From the NCBI GenBank assembly GCA_951406725.2, contig OX597815.1, positions 91,698,001 through 91,762,000 of the forward strand: a stretch of DNA of 64,000 nucleotides, written 5' to 3'. Below, piece by piece: positions 1 to 12,955 of the stretch. Position numbers and translations under genes: made by a program. The notes below the pieces were generated by a model. It was given only the letters and a program-made list of their open reading frames with translations. It searched no databases and had not been told where the DNA came from. Origin of the DNA: Octopus vulgaris. Its lineage: Eukaryota. Positions within the stretch are counted from its first letter, which is position 1; each line of letters starts with the position of its first letter.

Positions 1-2096
1 ATTCAACTGTTATATATTGTTGCTAGTTTTCATTCAGTTAAATTTAGCTGTTATATATTGTTAGTGATCTTATATTTAGTTTTATTCTTATAGGTCTATA
101 ATAATTATTCTTTAATTTAATGTTGTGTTTTAATCTCTCTTTTGGTAGCAACATGTATTTAGTCTAATTCAATTCTTGATTTACATTTAGATTAAGTTGG
201 GGCCAGGGGAGACTTTGTTTAGGGTAATTTAATTTGCTTGTCCTTGAGTGGGATCTGAATGAGCTAGCTATAATAAAAAGCTTTTACAGCTGGGATCAAC
301 CTGTATTTTTTCCTCAATAGTTTTAGACATAGAGTGTGATTTGAGAGACTTGGCTGCTATGTCACATGGCAACAAAGGCTCCCTTGAGTGCTGTTAATTT
401 CTTTTTATCCAATTTAGATAGAAAATTTAAATGTGATGCCTGGTTTTACACCAACCCTTGAGCTCTCATGGAATTCATTCTGTTCAAGCATTCAAGTCAG
501 ATATCTTGTCAAAGGACAACTTACCCTGCATTTACTCTCCTATCATACTTGGAAGCTCTGCAAGGGGTCATGGGTGTCGTCCTTTCTTCTCTAAAGCCAT
601 TAAACGAATGTATGAAGTGTTATATATCACTGGTAGTTTTTATTCAGTCTTATAAGCTTTATAATTGTGATGGCGTTTTACTGCTGTCTTTGAGTACTGA
701 AGAAAACATCTTCTGAAGTTACTTCTACTATCCTACCAGTCAGCTTCAGAATCAGTGATTGCTGTTAACAACTATTTGTATCCAATATTTTATTGCCATA
801 ACATACATTCTGCCTTTTAACCTGCTACAAAACCCTTCACAATAGGCTTCTAATCAGAAAGCCATTCTTACTGCAAAAGTACTATTATATGCCAAGTAGC
901 TTCATTTTTATCCTTTGATTCACCAAACTTGTTTCTTATATTTATGATTAAATGGTTTGTCTTTTACTTCAAAACCTTTGGCAGTTTCAGACAAAAAGTC
1001 TACTTCTTTACCCTGCGTCATTCAAAAAGAAAACTTATTAATAATTGTGTATATTCTTTCCTCTAAGTTCTCTTTTACATGTGGAATTCATGTTAATTAA
1101 ATAATTTCTCCTAAACTTTTTATATTTCTTAGTACAATCTGACATGGATGGGGTATATGGGTGGGGCTATTGTTCTTGGTCTATGATTTTCCCCACTCAC
1201 TCAGTTGTGAATAGCATGTAACAATTCAGTACATCAATGAAGCATCTCTTTTATTTCCGTTTCGCAATGAGCAAACAAACCCCTGTAGTTAGCATGCAAT
1301 AACAGATTTCGGCACCTTGCCATATTATGTTTGTGTTTCTGATGTTGATGATGACTATGATAATTATGATGATGATAATTGCCATTATTATTATGAATGG
1401 GGAAGCTTCTTTTCTGTCAATAATTTTTTATTTATATTCTAGGTTTGCACCAAAACTCTGTAAGAGTGTGTGTGTGTGTGCGTGTGGACATGCGGGTGCA
1501 ACTAAGTACTTCATAGTTGTATGCATTCACATTAGTAGTGGTGGTGGTGTAGTGTTGGTGGAGGTGTTGGTGGTGGTGGCGGCGGCAGTGGTAAGAGGAG
1601 GAAGGAAGAGACTGTGTCCACAGATCTTTTTTGTTTCTTTGTCCTTCATAACTTTAGACTTTGTAATGGTTGGCTGAAGTTATTGTTTAATTGTAATTGC
1701 TGTTGTTTACTAAGTGAAGGAATAAAACAGTAAAAATACTAGTTGATGTGTTGTTGTTCTGTTTGGTATTGGGATGAAACAGTAGAATAGGGTAAAGGAA
1801 TTAAAAGTTGTAATTATAAATTTAAGTGATTATAAAATATCTAGGTCATTTCTACTTATTCAGATCTATGATAGAGAAATATCTGAGTGAGTGGTGGGTC
1901 GCTGTTGTGGGGTTGTCCTTTTCATCACTATACTAAAGGCCAAGTTGTTTTGGTATCATCCAGTATTCACTTCATCATTTAACCTATGCCATGCTGGGGG
2001 TACAGACACAATTGCGATCTATTTTGTTATTAATATTTCTCTACTTCCTCCACAATATATATATGTAATGTATGTATGTATGTATGTGTGTATATA

Positions 2097-2408
2097 TATC
2101 ATCATCATCATCATCATACGCCCATTTTCCGTACTAGCACGGGTTGGACGGTTCGACCGGGGTCTGGGAAGCCAGGGGCTGCACCAGGCTCCAGTCTGGC
2201 AGTGTTTCTACAGCTGGATGCCCTTCCTAACGCCAACCACTCCGCGAGTGTAGTGGGTGCTTTTTACGTGCCACCTGCACAGGTGCAAGGGGGTCTGGCA
2301 TCAGCCACGATCGGTTGGTGCTTTTAACGTGCCACCGGCACGGAAGCCAGCCAAGGCGGCGCTGGCATCGGCCACATTCGGATGGTGCTTTTTATGTGCC
2401 ACCGGCAC
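2097..2408 (-). mobile_element. SINE family B (gtgccggtggcac / ggaagggcatccagc core, (GAT)n tail)
   Basis: Shares ggatgcccttcctaacgccaaccactc and the tail with copies at 27477, 30059 and 41223. Confidence 0.85.
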
Positions 2409-2749
2409 AGATATATATATATATATATATCTCCTCTCCTTACATCCATGGGAGAACCTCCATTTAGTCAACTCAACCTACCAAAAATAGCGGCCAAATC
2501 AACCTTCAATCACACCCTACTGTTTTAAGAGAGGAGATGTAGAGGTTAGTGTAGTACTGAGTGCAATATGTCTGAAAAAAAAGCCGGTTGATCATTACTG
2601 GAGTACCTTTGATGGTAAATGTACATGATCAGAACAAGATCAAAGACCTCTACTATCTCTTCATCATCATCATCGTTATCATCATTTTTTTTAAATCTGA
2701 TTTTTCATGCTGGCATAATTTGGCTGGGTTTGTGACACCATACTTCTTG

Positions 2750-2805
<56 letters not shown>

Positions 2806-4879
2806 CACACGTGTGTGCATGTGTGTACTAATCTTGATGTTCTGTATTAATGCTTGATTTGGTTGGGATCTTATGACTATACATGTCCTTCCTGTCATCA
2901 GTCACTAGAAGACAGAACTAAGTGTATTTATACTGCGTTGTGTAACTAGAAATGTTATATTAGAGTATAAAGAGATATCTCTCATTTATCAGTGTTATAT
3001 CAGAGTAGTATGTTTTTCTAGAAAGGTTTTAGCATGAAGAATCATCTTGTGCTGGAAGGAACAATTTTTACCCTATCATAGATTTAATCAGATTGCACGT
3101 TTTCCTTATTGAATTTCCTTCCCATCAGTAAAAGAAGTTATGTTTCTCCATCCAATATGGGTATAGGGAACAATACAGAAAAACAGATAACATTGGTGTA
3201 ATCAGGTAGGTACTTATCAGTGTAAACCACACATGCTCAGATCATTAATCAATCCATACATCATCATTATCATCCTCATCATCACCATCATCATCATCAT
3301 TACCATCATCATCATCATTGCATGTATGCTCATACATCAAAGAAAGCTATGCATGTGCTCAGACATTTATAAGTACAACAAATTTATTAATAAATAGATA
3401 TAAATGAGGAAGAAAGATAACAGCAAAAAAGACACAGGTTGTTTCTTCCATGATGGTAAGCAAAGTAAACTCGGTTGTTGTTTGAGAGTGTAGCTGGCAT
3501 AGATTTTAACAGGTTCATTGGAGAATATAGAGAAGAAAATCCATTAGTGAGCTTCATGTCAGGCGTAGATTAATTTGCAGGATGTTTGTTCTAAAAGGAT
3601 GCAGTCCTGAGAAAGATTGTGTAGTATGAGCTTTGGTATGTTGGGAGAGAGACAGACAGAGAGAAACAGAGACAGAGAGAGAGACATAAACAGCAAGGTG
3701 ATTTAAATTTCAAGATACTAGTTTAGTTACACATACTTCCAAACGTCTAATTTCTTTTTCATCTTTATTTTTTTTTTATGTGTTTTGTCTTTTGTTACAA
3801 GTGTTTTGTAAGTAGATATCTTGTTTAATCCATCACACATTGATTGCTGTTGGCAACTAAGATATAATGTATATTTCTGTGTGCATGTCTTAAATTTAGT
3901 GGTATATAAACCTGATCCCTTTTGCATTTAGAATTGTTCCTAATAACTTCAATTTATCAATCCTTAGGAACTATTTTATTTCCACACTTGGTTCTATAGT
4001 ACGTTATATATTTATTCATGAAGTTGCAGTCTAACCTTTGTTAATGTTGAGTTGCTTTGAGTATCATCCATACAGAGGATAAAAAAGAACATCTGTTAGT
4101 TACATTGATGGAACGAAGCTGGTATCTGTCAAAGTAAACCATACAGGTGCTGAGGTGATTAATCAAGCCACACATCATCATCATCACACGTGCTCACACA
4201 TCAAAAAAGCTACACATATGCTCAAGTGTATAGCTACATGTATGCTCCAATGTATAACAAATCTATGATAAATAGATATATAGATGTAGATAAGAAAATT
4301 CATTACTGTAAAGTTAAGTTTGAAATCAGATACAAATATATCATTAGTTCCCAAAAGACTTATGGTCCTGTATCGTTTTTTAAATACCAAAAAAAAAAAA
4401 AAAAAAAAAGGGTAAGAAAGCTTGAAAGTCCAAGATCCACTAGATTAATTTACTAACTTCTGGCCAAGCCAATGGGAGAGTCCCACATGGTTGCTTGACT
4501 TGCTAGGAAAAGGCATCCTAACATCTTAAAGGACATATTGGACAAGGTAGTCCTAGATATATTGAACTACAGTGATCACAGTTAAAACATTTTTGATCAT
4601 AGATATTCCCAATCAGAGTTGACCTAGGTAAACAATAACAAACAAGCTGTCTGCAGATAATTATGCATTAATTTATGATTATGTACAGTACAGACGTTAG
4701 AGAAAATGTGAAATAACTATGTGAGATTTCTTAGTTCATTATAACTGATATTTAACAATACCAATGATTTTCTAGCAAAATGTCATATATTCATGCTGGT
4801 ATTATCCATATATATATATATGTGTGTTTGTGTGTGTGTGTGTGAATATTAATACTAGTTAATTTTGTAGCTACTATAT

Positions 4880-4893
4880 ATATAATGATGATG

Positions 4894-4940
<47 letters not shown>

Positions 4941-5035
4941 GATAATGATAATGATGATGATAATAACAATAATAATGATGATGATGATGATGATGATGAT
5001 AATAACAATAATAATAATAATGATAATAATAATAA
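4880..5035. repeat. (TAA/GAT)n compound microsatellite
   Basis: Direct reading. Confidence 0.95.
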
Positions 5036-5245
5036 TTTCTGAAGTAATGTGAAGATGGATTTGGTATTAATCTTTATTTTGTACAACAGTCATTTCAACC
5101 CATCCTGCTACTGTCCCTAATGGGTTAGACTCCTTTCAACATGTTGTGTTATATCAATTGTAGCAGGATGGGTTGAAACGACTGTTGTACAAAATAAAGA
5201 TTAATATCAAATCCATCTTCTCATTACTTAAGGAATTATTATTAT
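5022..5245. repeat. Fold-back inverted repeat (~85-bp arms, ~48-bp spacer), probable Penelope-like pseudo-LTR remnant
   Basis: gaagatggatttggtattaatctttattttgtacaacagtcatttcaacccatcctgctac (to 5111) is the reverse complement of gtagcaggatgggttgaaacgactgttgtacaaaataaagattaatatcaaatccatcttc (from 5160). The right arm has GAAAC-gact-GT-T then AATAAA. Confidence 0.8.
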
Positions 5246-5381
5246 CTCAACTAACACTGCGGAATTCCTGAAGTAGATCCAATGGAAATATACTCCAACT
5301 GTGGATGACACCAGGTAGCCCAAACTGAGCCAGTGTTCTACTCAACACTTCAGCACACTAATTGACATATACCCATTAGTC

Positions 5382-5540
5382 CAAAAATGGAGAAGTAGCA
5401 TTAATATAATATATTTTGCCCAATAAAATGTTTTAATTACTGGAATTTAATTCTTTTGGGTAAAATCGAAACAGCTGTAAGTGAAAATGATGAATTTTAG
5501 TAGTAATAAATTATATTAATGCTACTTCTCCATTTTCTGG
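5382..5540. repeat. Fold-back inverted repeat (~28-bp arms) with 3' half of a hammerhead in the spacer
   Basis: aaaatggagaagtagcattaatataat / attatattaatgctacttctccatttt. The spacer contains cGAAAC-AGCT-GT-A (palindromic stem III) but no CUGANGA. Confidence 0.7.
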
Positions 5541-5586
5541 ATTTTAATTTGAATATCTATAAAACAATATTTATACTTAAACTTGT

Positions 5587-6381
5587 TATTTCAGGAATAT
5601 TACTATTCACAACAAAATAATAAGCAACAAATCAGTAATTCATTGGATAGTTTCTATCCTTTAAGGTAGTTCTATTAACCTTTATTTAAATTTATATATA
5701 TATGTATATTTCTGTGAGAGTTAGAGGTTGTGAAACCAACCAACTAAGGGATAATGCCTATCCAATATACTGCTTGTAGTGTACCCAATTATTCATACCC
5801 AAATGCTGGTTATTGCATGGCAATCTTGTAATTGAGTGTCATATATGGGCAGGAGTAAAGAGTGGTTTACCCTTAATTTATACGGCAAATAAGAAAATGG
5901 AGAGGATACAAAACGACATACATCATCCAGTAGACATTCCAGTGTGTCTATTTATTACAAAGCGTTAGAAAGTATTAGAAGAAGTATTTCAGGAATATTA
6001 CTATTCACAACAAAATAATAAGCAACAAATCAGTAATTCATTGGATAGTTTCTATCCTTTAAGGTAGTTCTATTAACCTTTATTTAAATTTATATATATA
6101 TGTATATTTCTGTGAGAGTTAGAGGTTGTGAAACCAACCAACTAAGGGATAATGCCTATCCAATATACTGCTTGTAGTGTACCCAATTATTCATACCCAA
6201 ATGCTGGTTATTGCATGGCAATCTTGTAATTGAGTGTCATATATGGGCAGGAGTAAAGAGTGGTTTACCCTTAATTTATACGGCAAATAAGAAAATGGAG
6301 AGGATACAAAACGACATACATCATCCAGTAGACATTCCAGTGTGTCTATTTATTACAAAGCGTTAGAAAGTATTAGAAGAA
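5587..6381. repeat. Tandem duplication, 2 x ~398 bp, apparently identical
   Basis: tatttcaggaatattactattcac starts at 5587 and again at 5985; both copies end agtattagaagaa (5983, 6381). No mismatch seen by eye. Confidence 0.92.
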
Positions 6382-6453
6382 AACATACACATGTAGTAAC
6401 TATGTGTTACACACACATGCGTTAATATTACAGAAAAAAGCAAAAGATCAGTT

Positions 6454-6576
6454 CCTTACAGCCGTTTCTGCCAAGAGGCAACAAAATCCTCCATGCCATC
6501 TCCATCTCTTCAGTGTTCTGTAGGGATGGGCAGATATAGTTTGGATGAGGAGTGTGTCTCTAGGCTTCATCAGAGG
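6454..6576 (-). ncRNA. Type-I hammerhead ribozyme motif with long stem II insert
   Basis: Minus strand: CCT-CTGATGA-A-GCCtAGAG...(~80 nt)...CTCTtGGC-A-GAAA-C-GGCT-G-T-A-AGG. Stem I CCT/AGG, near-palindromic stem III ACGGCTGT, GUA triplet. Base of stem II is an A.A mismatch. Confidence 0.6.
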
Positions 6577-7395
6577 TTCTAATTGGTTAGGAGGGCTAAT
6601 ACATATAATAAACAGTTAACAATAGGTACAGTGTATCTGTCATTATTGAAAAGGGCAGAAAAAGAATAGGAGCAATCATAGGGCTGTGAGAGAAGTACAA
6701 CTTATTGGAATGAATTAGGTACAGGAAGTGGAAATAAGCTACAAACTTCCTGTGGTGTAATCCAGGATCCATGTTACTTCGTCCAATGGTGGATCGGTGA
6801 ATATAGTCATTCTTGTAGAGTTTTTAAGAAGGATGGATTTAGGCAGTAGTTTGCATTATGTTTACATAGGAATTCATATTATGTTTACATAGAAATACAG
6901 TGGTGGATTTCAAGGAATGGTTTGTGTTACGGAGGTGAAAGTTCATATGTAGAGTGCCAGTTAGTAGCTGCAACGTTGCGGATGGCATATGCAACCTATG
7001 ATGGTGAACCCATCATGTGAGAATTTGTTATATAAGTATACTAATTAGAGTAAGGAACCCGGTGGTCACTAAAGTACGGTGTTGGTGTTCGTTATTTTTT
7101 TGCTGATCAACAAGTCTCTCAATCCCTATGTGTAGTGGGGTGGGGGTCATGGTCAGTCCTACAACCTAATTGGTTAGCTAGTTTTTGAAAGCCATGACGT
7201 GGTTCCAATTTGTTGATGGTTAACAGATAGGGCAAAAACAAATCAAATAAATATATAAACCATTGTCAGTATGGGCAAGTAAAAGAGCAAAATAGAATTA
7301 AAACCAGTACATTATTGTATATATGTGTGATTACTGAAATAATAGGTCTAAGGGAACCCATCTTGAATTCCTCAGTTATTGCCTGGAGGATTATA

Positions 7396-7418
7396 TATAT
7401 ATGTACACATACATACAT

Positions 7419-7497
<79 letters not shown>
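7396..7497. repeat. (TACA)n(CA)n microsatellite
   Basis: Direct reading. Confidence 0.95.
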
Positions 7498-7501
<4 letters not shown>

Positions 7502-7512
7502 TATACTGACAT

Positions 7513-7706
7513 CTGTGCCTGTGCCACCTAAAAAGCATCAGGTCCACTATGCTGAGTGGTTGGTGTTAGGAAGGGCATCCAGCTGTAAAAATCCTGCCAA
7601 AACAGTCACAGAAGTCTGGTGCAGGCTTCTGCCTGGACGGCTCTTGTGGTACTGTCCCACCCATGCTAGCATGGAAGGCAGATATTAAATGATAATGATG
7701 GTGATA
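7513..7706 (+). mobile_element. SINE family B, diverged
   Basis: gtggttggtgttaggaagggcatccagctgta...cccatgctagcatggaa...gataatgatg. Confidence 0.8.
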
Positions 7707-10700
7707 ATATATGTATATGCACACACACTCTCTTTCTCACACACACACACACACAAACATGCATACATACATTTCATTTAATTATAATCATTTTACCAAA
7801 ATTTGAAATTAATGTTTCTTCTAACTTTTACATTCTGAGTTCAAATTCCACTGAGATCAACCTTGCTTTCACCCCTCCTGAGCCAGTAAAATAAGTTGCT
7901 GATGAAATAGTGGTGTCAGTGGTATTGACTTATCCCTTCCCTTCAAAACTGCTGGTCTAGTGCCTGAACTAGATATCATGAGTAGAGCAATCTGTTTTGT
8001 TGAATTGATACTATGTAATTTCTGCTGGTCTTACAAGAACAAATAAAATCTACCTTATTGATGAAGATTTGCCATCCATTATGTTACAGCTAATGGCTCA
8101 CTGACTTGCTATTTCTTCTCTCCACCTTATTTTGTCACATCCTCTGCACCTCTCAACCAGATAGCTGCATTCCTTCTCCACCCAAACTAACCCAATGCAC
8201 ATTTCGTGTTGCCTGGTTTAACTCCACCACCTGGTCATCAGATGCCTTTATTGGAATTTACTCTGTTGCAAGAATTCCAGTCAGATCTCCCGTTTGAAGA
8301 TAATTTCCTCCCTCCTACAACTAGAAATAAAGAGTTATGAGTGCTGTCCTTCCATTTCTAACCAAACGATAAAAAAATAAAGTAAATAAAAACTATTATC
8401 TTCACCCAGATCTTACACTAAAACCTCTACCCAATTCTTTCTCTTTAAAAGTCATTCTCTGAAATTTCCTCTCTAAGATTTTATTTTGTTTTTCCTTTTT
8501 TTTCTTTTTTTGTACCTGTGCAGAGATCATCCCATAGATTATGTTCAAATTGACCGTGAATTACATCATTCTCATCCCCTTTTCCTTTCATTCATTTATA
8601 ACAAAGAAAATTCTGAAGCAAAATTGTCAAAAATTATACTGGACTTCATCACATTTAAATGGGGTTATAATTCCTCATAATCAAATCTTTCCTGAAGATA
8701 CGGCTTTTTAAAATTAATATCAAATGCTGGTGTGGGCGGAGTTAATGCTGAAAAATTGATTCTCAGTGAAATCGACTCCAATAAACAGAATATTTGGCTT
8801 CTTTTCTTATTTCCAATGTTTGCTATTTTATAAGGTTTCACCAAGATATTTGTTTAGTCGTCTGAAGTGATAAATCCTCTAGTATGGTTTCTTAGAGAGA
8901 GAGAGCGATATCACTGATATATCACTCATAGATTTATTGCATACTCTTAGACAAACTTTGACAATATCTGTGAGCTACCTGAAACAGAAAATTCTAATGT
9001 CCAAAATCCATTTCATTTATTGCTGATTCACTGAGCAAAAAAAAACTTAAATCATCTAAAAATTCTTCACCTGCTTCTCTTAAAATTATATTCTTATTTT
9101 AATTTTTTTATGTTCTTTTTTGTTCATTTATTTTAATGGAATTTTTTTTAACTCCAGACTTGTATGAATGAGCTGTGTCTCTCATATCTTAAAATATCTA
9201 CCTATAAATAGTTGAAATGTGTATTTTTGCTGCTGGATGTTATTGCTGTTGTTGGGTTCTAGCTCAGTTTCAGTTGAGCAAACCTATGATCAAATTTATC
9301 CCAAATATGACCATCTAGTGTTTTATTATATCTATGACTTCACAGTCCTATGTTTCCATTTTGAAGATGACAAGGTTTAATATGAAGGAAATAGGCTGCT
9401 GTTTCTACGGTCACAAAGAGTACCCCACATTGGTTCACACATAATATGTGTGCCAACAAGAATTGGTGAAGGATTCACTGTTGCTACTACGACCCAATGG
9501 GTTATAAGAGTACTCAGCAGCAGCAGTAGTAGTAGTAGTAGTAGTAAGGTGGAGAGTAGGTGAAATAATGATGCACTGGGCCGAAGGTTTAACCGTAATA
9601 ATATGTCTTCATTCTTTTCTCTACATTCTGTGTTCTGTCTTGCAAGGCTCCACTTTTCCTTTCATCTTCTCTTTGGGTCAAGAAAATAACATCAAGAGTC
9701 AGGACTGACTTTGCTCTTCTCAAGTAAAAAAAGAAAAATCATAATTTATTTAATCATTTGTATTTATACAGTTAAGGACTTAGCGACTACAAAATCCTTA
9801 CAAACATAAATATTAGTTCATCATACTATTGATTTCTATTTACAAATCTCATATCATTGTTATAAAATCTAGATGAGAATGATGATGATGATGATGATAC
9901 ACAAATTAGGTGGTCTTGCCCATATGGCATCACTCCAACTAGAGCTGCCACCAGCAGTATGGTAACAGTTATCACTTATTAGAACAGTCAATATCAACAT
10001 CAGCTCATGGGCTGTATTTAAAAGCGGTACACTTTCTACAACAAAAGTCATTGTAGTTGTGGTTGTTGTTGTTGTTACTGTTATAGTTGTTGCTGTTGTT
10101 GTTGTAGCAGGAGCAGCAAGCCATGTGTTTTTTTGTTTTTTGTTTTTCTTTTAAATGTAGTTTGAACTCTGGCTTCATTTGTCATTTCAATTGAAGTGAC
10201 TAAAAAATCAATAGAACTTACCATATGGAGGATTGATCAAAGCTTCAGTAACATTGCCCCATTCAAAGAGCAAGACTTTTGAAAGTCTATAAACTTGGAA
10301 AGTGATGAAAAAAAATGCGAAAACAAACCAGTCTACTGATAAACAGTAACAGAGATTTTTTTTTTTTACATATTTATTCAACATAATCAATGCATCAGTC
10401 AAACCTCCAAGACATTTCTTATTGATCTGATATAAATAAAAAAAAAGGTGGGGGAATACCTTTTGAAAGCCCTAAATCTGTTGACAGCAGCTTACACTCA
10501 GTAAAATATGAGTTAGCCAAAAATGAAACATAGTTTTGAATGAATAAATTCAACACGAGCCAACAAACATACTGGACATCTTATATCTGCATGTACAGGT
10601 TTCTGGCCATGCTGAGCTATCATAAAAATGCTCCAATCAATTATAGAATATTTCATAATTAAGCCAACATTAAAACATTTAACTATGACTACATAAATGG

Positions 10701-11440
10701 CATTCAGATTATTTGATATTAATTAAAGTATGTGTGCATTAATAGTAATTTATTGTAAAATAATTGTTTGTTCATTTAATGGATTGGATGGTGATACATT
10801 CTATCACCAATACTTAACTTATTTTTCAAGAAAGGGACTTTTTTATTCCACTCATATCAGCAAGGAATTATTCAATTCTCTGTTTCACTCAATTGAGATT
10901 GTAGGTCATCATCATTCTCTGTCTCTCTTACGCGTACACACACACACATACACACATACATGTTGGACTTCCTTCTGATTCCATTCACCAAATTCACTTT
11001 CAAGGTATTCCCTGGTCCAGGGCTTTAGTAAAAGACCAAGACTAAACTAAAGTCTGGTCATAGACTATTAGTTGAGGGACATAAACAACTTGACCAAAAG
11101 GTTACTTGAAGTAACAAGAAACCTGTTTTGTATTTGTTGGCTTCCTTACAGACAGAAAGCAAGGTTTTGTATTTGTACACATTTTGTAGCTATTTGTATT
11201 AGTTTTTCTATTATTCTTTACTAGATATTTTTGTAATCCCACACTGGTTATTTTATAGTTGCTCAAAGCTCCACTTTCTTTGTATTCATAGGAAATATAA
11301 TTTTTTTCTGTATTCTAAATGCAGTCACTGTATGTGTATATGTGTATATATATGGGTCATTTCAAAATGTAGCTACATGTGGATCATTGTCGATTTTTTT
11401 CCTCCATCTTCCTTTTCTCTTGGACTTTCCTCTGTCTCCT

Positions 11441-11475
11441 GTTTCTGAAGAAGAGCTTTGCTCAAAACGTAAAAC
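11441..11475 (+). ncRNA. Minimal hammerhead motif with G12->A lesion, probably inactive
   Basis: GTTT-CTGAAGA-A-GAGC-ttt-GCTC-aAAA-C-G-T-A-AAAC. Stem I GTTT/AAAC, stem II GAGC/GCTC, palindromic ACGT stem III, GUA triplet. It lies in a ~230-bp segment between (TG/TA)n tracts. Confidence 0.6.
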
Positions 11476-11574
11476 CACCTTTGTTTCCTTCCCCGAGTGT
11501 CTGTTAATACTTTTCATGTACCACATCCTTGCATTGTTTTTCTTGTGATTTTTCTTCATTTTTTTTTATTAATT

Positions 11575-11612
<38 letters not shown>

Positions 11613-11627
11613 CTTTCAGTATAATGT

Positions 11628-11870
11628 TGTGGAGGTGCATGGCGTAGTGGTTAGGGTGTTGGACTCATGATTGTAAGATTGTGGTTTCAATTCCTGGACT
11701 GGTCAGTGTGTTGTGTTCTTGAGCAAAACACTTCATTTCATGTTGCTCCAATCCACTCAGCTGACAAGAATGAGTAATGGACTGGCATCTCGTCCAGGTG
11801 GTGAATATATACACCATGGAAACCGGCCCTCATGAGTCTATATGACTCGAGAAGAAACTTTACTTTTTAC
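11628..11870 (+). mobile_element. tRNA-derived CORE-like SINE (family D)
   Basis: A box tggcgtagtgg, B box ggtttcaattcc, CORE-like tgtgttcttgagcaaaacactt, (ACTTT)n-like tail. Confidence 0.75.
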
Positions 11871-11914
11871 TAGATTTGTTTGTTCATTTAGCATTATTTA
11901 CTTATTATTAGCAA

Positions 11915-12570
11915 TGATGGAGGTCAGTTGCAGAATTGGGAGGGTGTCAGTAAAATTTCCATGTGAAATTTAGTCACATCTCTTAACATTCTACATGCCA
12001 ATCTTGAGATCAACTTTGTCATTCACTCTAATCAAGAACTAGGGTCAATGTAACTGACCTCAAAAAATTTTGGCTCTGTGCTTAAATTAGAAATCATTAC
12101 TGTTTTCATTATTATTACTATTATTGAAGACAGTGAATGACAGAATCGTTAGCATCCAGGCAAAATGCTTAGCGGCATTTCATCTGTTTTTATGTTCTGA
12201 GTTCAAATTCTGCTGTGGTCATCTTTGCCTTTCATCCTTTCAGGGTTGATTAATTAAGTATCAGTGAAACACTGGGGTTGATGTAATCAAATAGTCTCTC
12301 CTACAAAAATTTCAGGCCTTGTACCTGTAGTAGAATGGATTATTATTACTATTATTAAGGTGGTGAGCTGGCAGAATTGTTAGCACACAGGACAAAATGC
12401 TTAGCAGTATTTTGTCCAGCTTTACATTGAGTTCAAATTCCACCAATGTTAACTTTGCTTTTGTCCTTTTGAGGTCAATAAAATAAGTACCTATTCAAAC
12501 TGGGGTCAATGAAATCAACTAATCTGCACCCTTAAAATTTCAGGCCTTGTGCCTATAGAAGAAAGAATTA
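11915..12570 (+). mobile_element. Three tandem copies of tRNA-derived SINE family A
   Basis: Repeated gagctggcagaat.gttagc...gagttcaaattc...actttgcctttcatccttt...ggtcaat...tagaa(att)n. Confidence 0.8.
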
Positions 12571-12585
12571 TTGTTGTTGTTGTTA

Positions 12586-12955
12586 GTTTTTCTTCTTCCT
12601 TCAACTTTGTTTCCATTTCTTGCTGAATGTCATCTTGACACCTAGGGCAAAAACATTTACTGCATACATTGATAGGCAATTAAAATGAACACACCAGATT
12701 GTTCATTTGCAAAATCAAATAAAATTATGTAAAGAAAAAAGAACAAAATATTTACGCTGAAGGTTATCATTCTCACAGCTACAGTGCACTTCTCAATATG
12801 TGTATCACAGGTAAACAAACTTTTGCACTTCTTATAGGGATAGTTTGCCAGGAATTATTCTAAATAATTTCCATTTCCTTTTTTGATTATTCCTAGTACT
12901 CCTACAATTACTAGTATTGTAACTGCCTTGAGATGCCAGATTTTTTTCAATTTCA
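12586..12955 (-). mobile_element. Second, older R4/Dong-like LINE 3' end
   Basis: Minus-strand EIEK/IWHLKAVTILVIVGVLGIIKKG...HILRSAL; 3' UTR shares acacctagggca with the 45938-46375 copy. Confidence 0.7.

Noticed and set aside
458-716. Two overlapping short ORFs in non-repetitive sequence
   Set aside because: No recognisable domain and no coherent exon structure.
8195-8250. Minus-strand CTGATGA...GAAA hammerhead candidate
   Set aside because: Stem II does not close next to the core, and there is no stem I pairing.
11638-11700. tRNA gene
   Set aside because: A and B boxes are present, but there is no complete cloverleaf and the sequence continues into a SINE body. The same applies to the family A and C heads.
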